Made by a program: the position numbers and the translations under genes. Below, piece after piece: positions 19,613-28,353 of a stretch of 64,000 nucleotides of DNA (positions within the stretch are counted from its first letter, which is position 1; the number at the start of each line of letters is the position of its first letter). The DNA comes from an uncultured Alphaproteobacteria bacterium (GTDB lineage Bacteria; Pseudomonadota; Alphaproteobacteria; Rhizobiales; Methyloligellaceae): assembly GCA_963820115.1 (NCBI GenBank), contig CAWFYP010000001.1:698897-762896 (forward strand), given 5' to 3'. Under the pieces are notes generated by a model. The model made no database searches. It had not been told where the DNA came from and saw only the letters and a program-made list of their open reading frames with translations.

Positions 19613-20257
19613 ATGGCTACGAGAACGACTGGGAAGAAGCGCACAACTGGACGCGGTGGAAGTTCGCGCAAGGGAAAGACCACCAGGCGCGCAAGTGCGG
19701 CGCGTGGAAGCGTGAGACGTAGCGCGCGCAAGACGGGCGCGAAGAGAACGGCGCGCAAGGCGACGCGCACGACGAGAGCCTCGGCGCGCAAAGGCGCAAG
19801 ACGGACCTCGGCGCGGCGGAGCCCGGCGCGGAAGTCGACCGCGCGCAAGACGGCGCGGCGCCCTGCTGCTCGCCGCTCGGCGGCGCGCAAGACCGCGGCC
19901 CGCAAGACGCCGGCGCGGAAGCGAAAGGCATCGCGACCGGCAGCAAAGCGCGCTGCACCCAAGAAGAAGGCCGCGGCAGCACGGAAGCCTGCCGCCGCCA
20001 CCAAGAAAGTTGCCACGCCGGCCCCGGCGCAACCGCGGCCAAGTTCCGCCCCGCAACCGATGGCGGCACGGCCCACGGGTCAGCCCGCTGGCGTCATGGG
20101 CGGTGGTGGCATGGCGCCCCGGCCGGCAAGCCCCATGGGCGGCATGGCCACGCCGTCGGCGCCCCGCCCGGGGATGCCAGGCGGCATGGGTGCGAGCCCG
20201 AGCCCGCAGCCCTATCGGCCGTCTTGGGCACGGGACGACGATAAGGATGACCTCTGA
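19613..20257 (+). CDS. histone H1-like, Ala/Arg/Lys repeat (ARK-repeat) basic protein with Pro/Gly/Met-rich acidic-ended tail
   Basis: ATG at 19613 follows a GGAG Shine-Dalgarno. About 130 residues of (S/T)ARK / AARK repeats are followed by PAPAQPRP...GGMG...PGMPGGMG...DDDKDDL. All other frames are open here because of composition. Confidence 0.75.
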   Translation: MATRTTGKKRTTGRGGSSRKGKTTRRASAARGSVRRSARKTGAKRTARKATRTTRASARKGARRTSARRSPARKSTARKTARRPAARRSAARKTAARKTPARKRKASRPAAKRAAPKKKAAAARKPAAATKKVATPAPAQPRPSSAPQPMAARPTGQPAGVMGGGGMAPRPASPMGGMATPSAPRPGMPGGMGASPSPQPYRPSWARDDDKDDL

Positions 20258-20316
20258 GCCCTGCTCAGGTCGAAGCGAGGAGGGCCGTACAGCCGGCTCT
20301 CCTCGTTCCGTTCCAT

Positions 20317-20730
20317 TCATGGCGATCCGGAATCGTTGACGAGGCCGCCCAGTCCTAAGCGGTCCATGCCCTCGAGCCAATATTCGGCGAGCAGAGGCTG
20401 GCCGAGAAGATAGGTCTCGGTCGGCGTCTCGCGCCGCTCGACGGCCATCGTCACGAGCTCATCCCAATCTTCCGCGCTCGCTTCATCGCGCCCAAGCCAC
20501 AACAGGGCGACGAGCTCCGCCTGCTGCAGAGGCGAGAGACCGCAAATCTCCTCCACCACCTCTTCGCGCGAGAGGTCGTCGGGCTCCTCCTGAAGCTCCA
20601 AAGCCGGTAGCGTGTCGTCGGTGGGGTTGGACGCGTCATCCGGAGTTTCAAGGGCTTCCTTCGCCATGAAGGAACGCACCTTGAGGATCAGCAGGCGTAA
20701 ATAATCCGGAGCGATCGAAAGCGCGGCCAT
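20317..20730 (-). CDS. DUF3775 domain-containing protein
   Basis: MAALSIAPDYLRLLILKVRSFMAKE...LSPLQQAELVALLWLGRDE...TYLLGQPLLAEYWLEGM fits my recollection of the DUF3775 pattern. Confidence 0.65.
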   Translation of the reverse strand: MAALSIAPDYLRLLILKVRSFMAKEALETPDDASNPTDDTLPALELQEEPDDLSREEVVEEICGLSPLQQAELVALLWLGRDEASAEDWDELVTMAVERRETPTETYLLGQPLLAEYWLEGMDRLGLGGLVNDSGSP

Positions 20731-20797
20731 GGATACTCAACGGGTCGAGTTGTTGTCCGAACCCACTCCTGACAGGCGGCGAAGGGCGGTCCCGTCC

Positions 20798-20977
20798 TTA
20801 TATGCCGCGGAAGAGATTGCCGGCGAGCAGCACGAGATAAGCGATGAACAGCGCCTCGAAGCCATGGCCGCTCACCACCGGAATGGCCATATGGGCGTAT
20901 TGCACGAGCAAGGCGAGGATCGCGAGAACAACCGAGATGATGAACGTCGCTTTCGCGGGCGGTGTCAGCCAGAACAT
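20798..20977 (-). CDS. small two-TM membrane protein (hypothetical)
   Basis: ATG at 20977 follows a GGGGGGA Shine-Dalgarno. 59 aa: MFWLTPPAKATFIISVVLAILALLVQYA...FEALFIAYLVLLAGNLFRGI. Confidence 0.55.
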   Translation of the reverse strand: MFWLTPPAKATFIISVVLAILALLVQYAHMAIPVVSGHGFEALFIAYLVLLAGNLFRGI

Positions 20978-21184
20978 CCGAATTCCCCCCAAGAGTTTGC
21001 TGATAACGATCCAGTGTAGCGATCGTGGTCATCCGTGGCGAGACGGTTTGCGCGCGGGGTGATGCAAGCGGGCTAGGTGGCAGGCGCTCGTCACGTGGTC
21101 TTGGGGTTTCACGGCCAGCCGTGAGGCGAGCCCGCCGTCGGCGTTCCTGACGGCACGGGAGCCGTCAGGAGCCCCATCAGGGCG

Positions 21185-21355
21185 TTACAGGCCCGTCATC
21201 ACGTTGCCGATGGCCAGCACGAGCCAGGCGAGAATCGCTACCCAGATCGCAAAGGGGGCGATCGCCGGAATGGCGCCCAGGGCTCCCAGCACGGCGAGCA
21301 CGGCGAGAATCAATGAGATGACGAAGACTACGGTTGTCGGTGCGCTAAGGTTCAT
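21185..21355 (-). CDS. small two-TM membrane protein (56 aa, absent from the supplied ORF track, whose shortest entry is 60 aa)
   Basis: My translation of the minus strand: MNLSAPTTVVFVISLILAVLAVLGALGAIPAIAPFAIWVAILAWLVLAIGNVMTGL*. A GGGAGGGG Shine-Dalgarno lies 5 nt upstream. Same architecture as the 20798..20977 product. Confidence 0.55.
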   Translation of the reverse strand: MNLSAPTTVVFVISLILAVLAVLGALGAIPAIAPFAIWVAILAWLVLAIGNVMTGL

Positions 21356-21487
21356 TTCTACCCCTCCCTCTTATTGACGAGCGAAATGTAATCGTTTTCT
21401 GTGCCTAAGCGAGGGATATGCTTTCGCGTCGCCCGGCCTTCGGATGCGCATTTGGGGTCGTGCAGAGGTTTCAAGAGGAGGGAAGCG

Positions 21488-22219
21488 ATGCGTCCCATGT
21501 TGCGGCTCGTGCTGGGGCTTGGTGCTCTCGTCTTGATCCTGGTGGGGGTTGCGTTCGCGTTGCCCAGCCACGTTACCGTCTACCGCTCGGTGGTGGTCAA
21601 TGCGCCGGAAGGGGTGGTGTTCACCTACCTCAACAATCTGCACAATTTCAAAGAATGGTCGCCCTGGGCGGCGCGCGATCCGCAATTGCGGGTGGCCTAT
21701 GCCGGGCCGGAGCAGGGCAAAGGCGCGCATATGGAATGGTCGAGCGACAAGCGCTCGGTGGGCTCGGGCAGCTTGGAGATCACCGACAGCGCCCCCAACC
21801 ACCATATCGAGCTTGCCGCGAACTATGATGGCTTGGTGGGGACGAGCACCTATGACGTTGCCCCCGCGGGCTCTGGGAGCAAGGTCACCTGGGGGTTCGG
21901 GGTGGATATGGGGGGCAACCCGTTTCGCCGCTGGAAGGGACTGATGCTCGACCGCATCCTCGGTGCCGAGCATCGTGACGGTCTTGCCAAGCTCAAGGAG
22001 CGCGTCGAGGTCGAAACGCAGCCTACGGCGCCCGTCGCCCCGCCGGCGCAAACGCTCCCGCCGCCGACCGCGGCCGCACCGCCGGATTCATCCACCCAGA
22101 CTGAGCAGCCGCCCGCGGGCGCCCCGCCGGCCGATGCTGCGCCGCAAGCGGCGACCGCGCCGGCCGCCACGCCGGAACAGGCATCGAAGCCTGCCGTCAA
22201 GAAGCCGAAGCGTCACTGA
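21488..22219 (+). CDS. SRPBCC family protein (polyketide cyclase/START-like) with N-terminal TM segment and Pro/Ala-rich tail
   Basis: ATG at 21488. TM segment LRLVLGLGALVLILVGVAFAL. SRPBCC-like core (VVNAPEGVVFTYLNNLHNFKEWSPW...GSGSLEITDS...VTWGF). Roughly 65-residue P/A/Q-rich C-terminus. Confidence 0.7.
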   Translation: MRPMLRLVLGLGALVLILVGVAFALPSHVTVYRSVVVNAPEGVVFTYLNNLHNFKEWSPWAARDPQLRVAYAGPEQGKGAHMEWSSDKRSVGSGSLEITDSAPNHHIELAANYDGLVGTSTYDVAPAGSGSKVTWGFGVDMGGNPFRRWKGLMLDRILGAEHRDGLAKLKERVEVETQPTAPVAPPAQTLPPPTAAAPPDSSTQTEQPPAGAPPADAAPQAATAPAATPEQASKPAVKKPKRH

Positions 22220-22241
22220 GTCGGAGCTAAGAGGTCAGCCG

Positions 22242-22853
22242 TTAGAGCTTCTGCTCGGGAACCGGCGCCGTCGTTGCGCTGGCGTCGCTATGCGCCGCAT
22301 CGATGATGAGGCGGAGGGCACTGGCCGCTGAGGGGTTAAGGGGCGTGCAGGTGAGGAGATGCGGATCGGTCTCCGGCACAGCCGTCTTTGGGCATGGCTC
22401 GGTCGGGCCCGGGACCGTCACTCTTTCCAGCGACTTCAGACCTTTGGCCGGGGTCACGCTCGGATCGCCTAGGGCGATGTCACCGAAGGCAAGATTAGGA
22501 TCGGCGGCGTCCGCTGCGGCGCGAGAACCGGCTTTGAGCGGCCGCCCCCGGGCGAAGGGGGGCCTCTGCCATTCGGATTCGGTGAGCACCACGGCGCTGA
22601 GGCCGAGGCGCGGGATCGGCGACTTGGCCGCGGGCGTGGCACCGTCCCATGGCCAGGGCTGCTGAGCCGGCTCGCCTGCCAGTGCGTGGCGCCACGCACT
22701 CTGGCGCAGCGACTGGGCGATGCCGGATTTGAGGCCAGGGCCCTCGCCATGCAGAAGGCAGAGAAGCGCCACGCCACTCAGGATGGTTCCCAACCACCGC
22801 GCCCGCGCGCGGAAGAAGAGGAGGAGGAGCTGCACCGACCCCCGTTTCGGCAT
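22242..22853 (-). CDS. class GN sortase-like protein, apparently lacking the catalytic His
   Basis: The ATG at 22853 overlaps the upstream stop (TGATG). N-terminal TM segment, PWPWD and LGLSAVVL motifs, HLLTCTP (sortase TLxTC-like) and RLII (Arg). No His between residues 57 and 164. Confidence 0.55.
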   Translation of the reverse strand: MPKRGSVQLLLLFFRARARWLGTILSGVALLCLLHGEGPGLKSGIAQSLRQSAWRHALAGEPAQQPWPWDGATPAAKSPIPRLGLSAVVLTESEWQRPPFARGRPLKAGSRAAADAADPNLAFGDIALGDPSVTPAKGLKSLERVTVPGPTEPCPKTAVPETDPHLLTCTPLNPSAASALRLIIDAAHSDASATTAPVPEQKL

Positions 22854-25396
22854 CAGATCCTCCTCCCTATCCGCCGCGGGGAGGCATAATCGCGGCGGTG
22901 GTAACGCCACAAGAGAAGCGTCACCGCGCTTAGCATGGCGAGTAGCAGTGCGAACATCGCGATCTGCCGGATGAAATCGTCAGGTGTGACCACGGGCGGC
23001 ACGGCCAGTTGAGGCGAGGCCCCTTCCGGACCGGTGTTCTCCGGCGCGGGTGTCGCGGGCGATTGCGCGTCCGCCTCGCCGCCATCGAAGGCGGTCACGC
23101 CAGGGTCGGCGGCAGGCGCATCGGCCGGCCCGCCAGTCGCATCCATTTCTGGCCCCGGTACCGCCATGGTCTCCGCCGCGACGCCGCCCTCGGACGGCAC
23201 CGCCGAAGGCGCGTAGGACGGCGCGGGAGCGGGTGCGGGCAACGCCGCAAACGCGCCGCCGCTCAGGGACCGCATGCCGCCTATGCGGGACGCTTTGGCC
23301 ATGTAACCGTAACTTCCGCCCGACCCATAGGAGGCCGCCGCCTGTTGACCCTGGGCCGGGGCGCCAAAGACTTTGTCATATCGCCAGCCGTCGGGCAGGT
23401 TGACCGGCAGGTCGGTCGAGGTGACAGCTTGGCCATCGGGCCGCGACCTGGTCGTGTCAATGGCGACGAGGCTCGTCTCGCTCGAGACCAAATGGTGCTT
23501 GAGTGCCATAGCTTCGATTTCCTTGGCGATTTCCTCGGAATTGCCGTCGGCGTAAAGCTTGCCTTCCAGCGCGGCAATCTTGTTGCGGGCCCAGAGCTTG
23601 CCGACGCCCGCGCCCTCGACGGCGCCGGAGAGCTTGAACGCGGCCTGCCACGGCTTGCCGTCGAAGGTGCCGGATAGGCGCAGCGCGCCGTCGGGAGAGG
23701 CGGCCTTGGCCGACACCAATATGGGTTCCCCGGCATAGAGATCGGGCAACGGGTCGGGCCAAGCTTCGACAGCGCCCGCGCCCTGCCACTCGGCCTTGAG
23801 GCCGACCAGCACCGGCTTTTCGAGCTTGGCGAAGAGGGCGGTCATGCGCTCCAGCACCTGCGCTTCGGAGCCGATCTCGGTGAAGGTGCCGCGGCCGAGC
23901 TCGGCCGCACGGCGCATGAAATAAGAGTTGGGCGCGGAGCCGATGCCGACGGTGAACAGGCGCGAGCGGCCGCGATGATCGGCGATCTCGGTGAACAGTT
24001 CGGCTTCGTTGCCGACCGCGCCGTCGGTGAGAAACACGATCTGACGCACATGGCTCGTATCGGCGGGTGTGCCATCTTTGAGCGCGGCTTTGAGCGCGGG
24101 CAGCATCTCGGTGCCGCCATCGGCGTCGAGCCGCGAAACGAAATGCTTGGCGATGGCGAGATTTTCTGAGGTTGTGGCGGCGGGCTCGTCGAACACCGTG
24201 TCCATGGTGTCGTCGAAGCGGATGACGTTGAATTTGTCGCCCGGGCGCAGGCGGTTCAAGGCGAAGAGGAGGCTTTCCTTGGCCTGGGGCATCGAGGTGC
24301 CGGCCATGGAGCCGGAATTGTCGATCACGAAGATGATCTCGCGCGGGAGCGGCGCCTGCGCGCTGTCAAGGCTCGGCGGAGTGACCATGGCCAGAAGATA
24401 ATGCTCGCCGGCCACGGTCTCGTGGAACAGCGAGGCTTGCGGGGCGGCGGCCGCCTTCGGCTTCCACACGAGTTCGAAGTCCTTGTTGGCGGCCACCGAT
24501 CCGTCGGCGAGCGCCAATGTGGCAGTCTTGTCGCCGGTCCGCTTCAGCGCGATCTGGTGGTAGGAACTCGTGACGTCGCCAAGGTCGAAGCCCGCATTGA
24601 GCGTGACCTGCAGGGTGACCGGATTGATTTTGGCGAATTTGTTGGGATCGAGCACGGGCGGGCTGATGCGGTCGCGGTCGGGCACGGGATCGCCCACGGG
24701 CGCGTGCGGGCGCCCATAGTCGACGAGGTCGACCTCTTTCGAGTTCGGATTATAGCGGGGCGCGACCACGAGAGGGAAGCGCAGGGAATAGATACCCCCG
24801 TCTTGTTTCACCGTTTCCTGATATTCAATGCGGATGACGATGGCCTCATGGGGGCCGATATTGGCCACCGAATTGGTGAAGATGTTCGGCCGCTCCTGTT
24901 CGACGAGGCTCGCCTTCTGGCCGGCGTCCCTGGCCTCGTCATAGAGCTTGCGCGCTTCCTCTCGGCCTTTGATCTCGCCTTCGATGGCCCGGCTGCCAAT
25001 CTCCATGTGCAGCGCGTCGACCGCGGATTGCTCCGGCAGGGGGAAAACATAAACCCCTTCGAGCCAACGATCACTCGGGTTTGCGAAACGCTGGGTGACG
25101 ATGGCGCGGGCGATGGTACCGGTGACGGTAATGTTGACGTCGGTAGCGAGGCGCGGGGCCTCGACGAATTGACCTTCCTTGCCGCTCTTAAGCAGGAGGG
25201 CGCCCGTGTTCATATCGCCGGGGGTCACGAAATTGACGGGGGTGATGGCGCTGCCGCCTGCCTCGGTCTGAGGCTGGAGGGGGTCGGCACTGGCCGATCG
25301 TGAAGGTGCCGCGCCAATGAAGCCAAGGATGAGGAAAAGCACCGCGCAATTGAACGCCAACTCTCTCAAGCAGAGAGCTTGTGGCCGCGTCAGCAT
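22853..25396 (-). CDS. VIT + von Willebrand factor A domain protein (marine proteobacterial sortase target protein family)
   Basis: 847 aa with a signal peptide, an N-terminal VIT-like region, vWA MIDAS FVIDNSGSMAG, and a C-terminal hydrophobic segment plus basic tail (FALLLAMLSAVTLLLWRYHRRDY). A sortase-like gene is coupled downstream. Confidence 0.8.
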   Translation of the reverse strand: MLTRPQALCLRELAFNCAVLFLILGFIGAAPSRSASADPLQPQTEAGGSAITPVNFVTPGDMNTGALLLKSGKEGQFVEAPRLATDVNITVTGTIARAIVTQRFANPSDRWLEGVYVFPLPEQSAVDALHMEIGSRAIEGEIKGREEARKLYDEARDAGQKASLVEQERPNIFTNSVANIGPHEAIVIRIEYQETVKQDGGIYSLRFPLVVAPRYNPNSKEVDLVDYGRPHAPVGDPVPDRDRISPPVLDPNKFAKINPVTLQVTLNAGFDLGDVTSSYHQIALKRTGDKTATLALADGSVAANKDFELVWKPKAAAAPQASLFHETVAGEHYLLAMVTPPSLDSAQAPLPREIIFVIDNSGSMAGTSMPQAKESLLFALNRLRPGDKFNVIRFDDTMDTVFDEPAATTSENLAIAKHFVSRLDADGGTEMLPALKAALKDGTPADTSHVRQIVFLTDGAVGNEAELFTEIADHRGRSRLFTVGIGSAPNSYFMRRAAELGRGTFTEIGSEAQVLERMTALFAKLEKPVLVGLKAEWQGAGAVEAWPDPLPDLYAGEPILVSAKAASPDGALRLSGTFDGKPWQAAFKLSGAVEGAGVGKLWARNKIAALEGKLYADGNSEEIAKEIEAMALKHHLVSSETSLVAIDTTRSRPDGQAVTSTDLPVNLPDGWRYDKVFGAPAQGQQAAASYGSGGSYGYMAKASRIGGMRSLSGGAFAALPAPAPAPSYAPSAVPSEGGVAAETMAVPGPEMDATGGPADAPAADPGVTAFDGGEADAQSPATPAPENTGPEGASPQLAVPPVVTPDDFIRQIAMFALLLAMLSAVTLLLWRYHRRDYASPRRIGRRI

Positions 25397-25525
25397 TGAG
25401 TTTTATCCCTCGTGGTCCTCCGGCACGGAACAAGGGAACCACGCCATTAGGGCGCGTCTTTAACCATATTGTGGCGCGCAAACGCGGGGAGCGGGGCAGA
25501 CGCGCCACAACTGTGGCCGCAATGA

Positions 25526-26932
<1,407 letters not shown>

Positions 26933-26979
26933 GCCACCTGCGCTATGATCGCATCGCCGTCAATTTGCAGGGGCCGGAC

Positions 26980-27189
26980 ATGAAGCTCAGCACGCGAAAT
27001 CAGATCAAGGGCAAGGTGATGGAGATCCGCAAAGGGGCGGTGACGACCATCGTTTACGTTCAGATCGCGGGCGATCAGATGATCGAGGTCAGCGCGACCG
27101 TGGCCTCCACCGAGGCGCTCGGTCTGTTCGAGGGCAAGAACGTGACGCTGGTGATCAATCCGGGCGACATCATCATCGCCTGCGAATAG
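26980..27189 (+). CDS. TOBE domain / molybdenum-pterin-binding (Mop-like) protein
   Basis: 69 aa: MKLSTRNQIKGKVMEIRKGAVTTIVYVQIAGDQMIEVSATVAS...GKNVTLVINPGDIII is the canonical TOBE pattern. Confidence 0.85.
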   Translation: MKLSTRNQIKGKVMEIRKGAVTTIVYVQIAGDQMIEVSATVASTEALGLFEGKNVTLVINPGDIIIACE

Positions 27190-27251
27190 CCACGCAGTCC
27201 GCCCAATCCGCCATCGAACGGCCTTGCCGCGGGGCTAGAACGAAGCCCACG

Positions 27252-28181
27252 ATGGACATGCCGATCGCCAGCCAAACACCGGTCGCGGCGGATCCCTTGT
27301 CGCGCAGCCATGTGCTCGCCGGCGGCAGGCGCGTGGGCTTCGCCGAATTTGGCGACCCGCGAGGGCTGCCGGTATTCGCGCTGCATGGGACGCCGGGCTC
27401 GCGGCTGATGTTCGCGCTCTCGCACCGGGCCGCGCGCGAGCGGGGGCTCAGGCTTATCGCCCCCGAACGCCCGGGCTACGGCTTGTCGTCCTACCGCCGA
27501 TCCGCCACTTTGCTCGACCACGCCCAGGACATCGGCGCGCTGGCCGATGCATTCGGCTTCCGCCGGTTTGCGCTGGTCGGCATCTCGGGGGGCGGCCCGT
27601 ACGCGGTCGCCGCCGCGTCCGCCATGCCGGAGCGGGTCGTGCTGCTCGCGCTGGTGGGGCCGGTCGGCCCCATTGCCGATCACGGGCGCCAAATGCGGCT
27701 GTCGCGCGGACACCGCCTATTGTTCGAGCGGGTGGCGCGATGGTCGTGGGCGACCCGCGCCTTCTTCCTCGGCTTGCGCCGGCTCCTGCGCACGGCGCCG
27801 GAAATCGCACATCGGGGGCTCAAGGCGCGGGTGCCCCCCTCCGACCGCGCCATTCTCGCGCGCGACGACGTCAAAGCGAATCTGCGCGCGGCGGTGCATG
27901 AAGGCCTCCGCGCGGGCGTCGAGGGCGCCGTGCAGGATGTGCGCCTGTTCTGTGCGCCTTGGGGTCTCGCGCTGTCCCGCATCGACGCCTCCTCCGTGCT
28001 GTGGCAGGGGAGCGACGACAGCATCGTGCCGCCGGACGCCGCCTATCTCTTGGCGCGGACGCTTGCCAATTGCCGGCTGGATGTCGTCCCCGGCGCCGGC
28101 CATTATTGGGTGTTCGGCCAATTCGGCTTGGTGCTCGACGCCGTCGCCGCAGCGATGCGTAGCGAGGCCAGGGCCCGATGA
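27252..28181 (+). CDS. alpha/beta hydrolase
   Basis: HGTPGSRL oxyanion region and nucleophile elbow GISGGGPY. 309 aa. Confidence 0.8.
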   Translation: MDMPIASQTPVAADPLSRSHVLAGGRRVGFAEFGDPRGLPVFALHGTPGSRLMFALSHRAARERGLRLIAPERPGYGLSSYRRSATLLDHAQDIGALADAFGFRRFALVGISGGGPYAVAAASAMPERVVLLALVGPVGPIADHGRQMRLSRGHRLLFERVARWSWATRAFFLGLRRLLRTAPEIAHRGLKARVPPSDRAILARDDVKANLRAAVHEGLRAGVEGAVQDVRLFCAPWGLALSRIDASSVLWQGSDDSIVPPDAAYLLARTLANCRLDVVPGAGHYWVFGQFGLVLDAVAAAMRSEARAR

Positions 28182-28353
28182 CGCCCCGCCGGGGTGGCGC
28201 ATCATTGCCATGCTTCGTTCACACTTTTGTGCGCAAACCTGCGGCGTTGTGGCGCTGGGGGCCAAAAGGCGAAGCAGCATTATATCCCCGCGGGGTGTCA
28301 TTGGCGCGCGAGCTCGTGCGCCTTAGACGAGTTTCTGGGCGGCATGACCTCCG

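Noticed and set aside
19471-20380. Several 150-300-aa antisense or alternative-frame ORFs across the histone-like gene
   Set aside because: All are open only because of the GC-rich ARK-repeat composition. The plus-strand frame alone has a Shine-Dalgarno plus ATG and an interpretable product.
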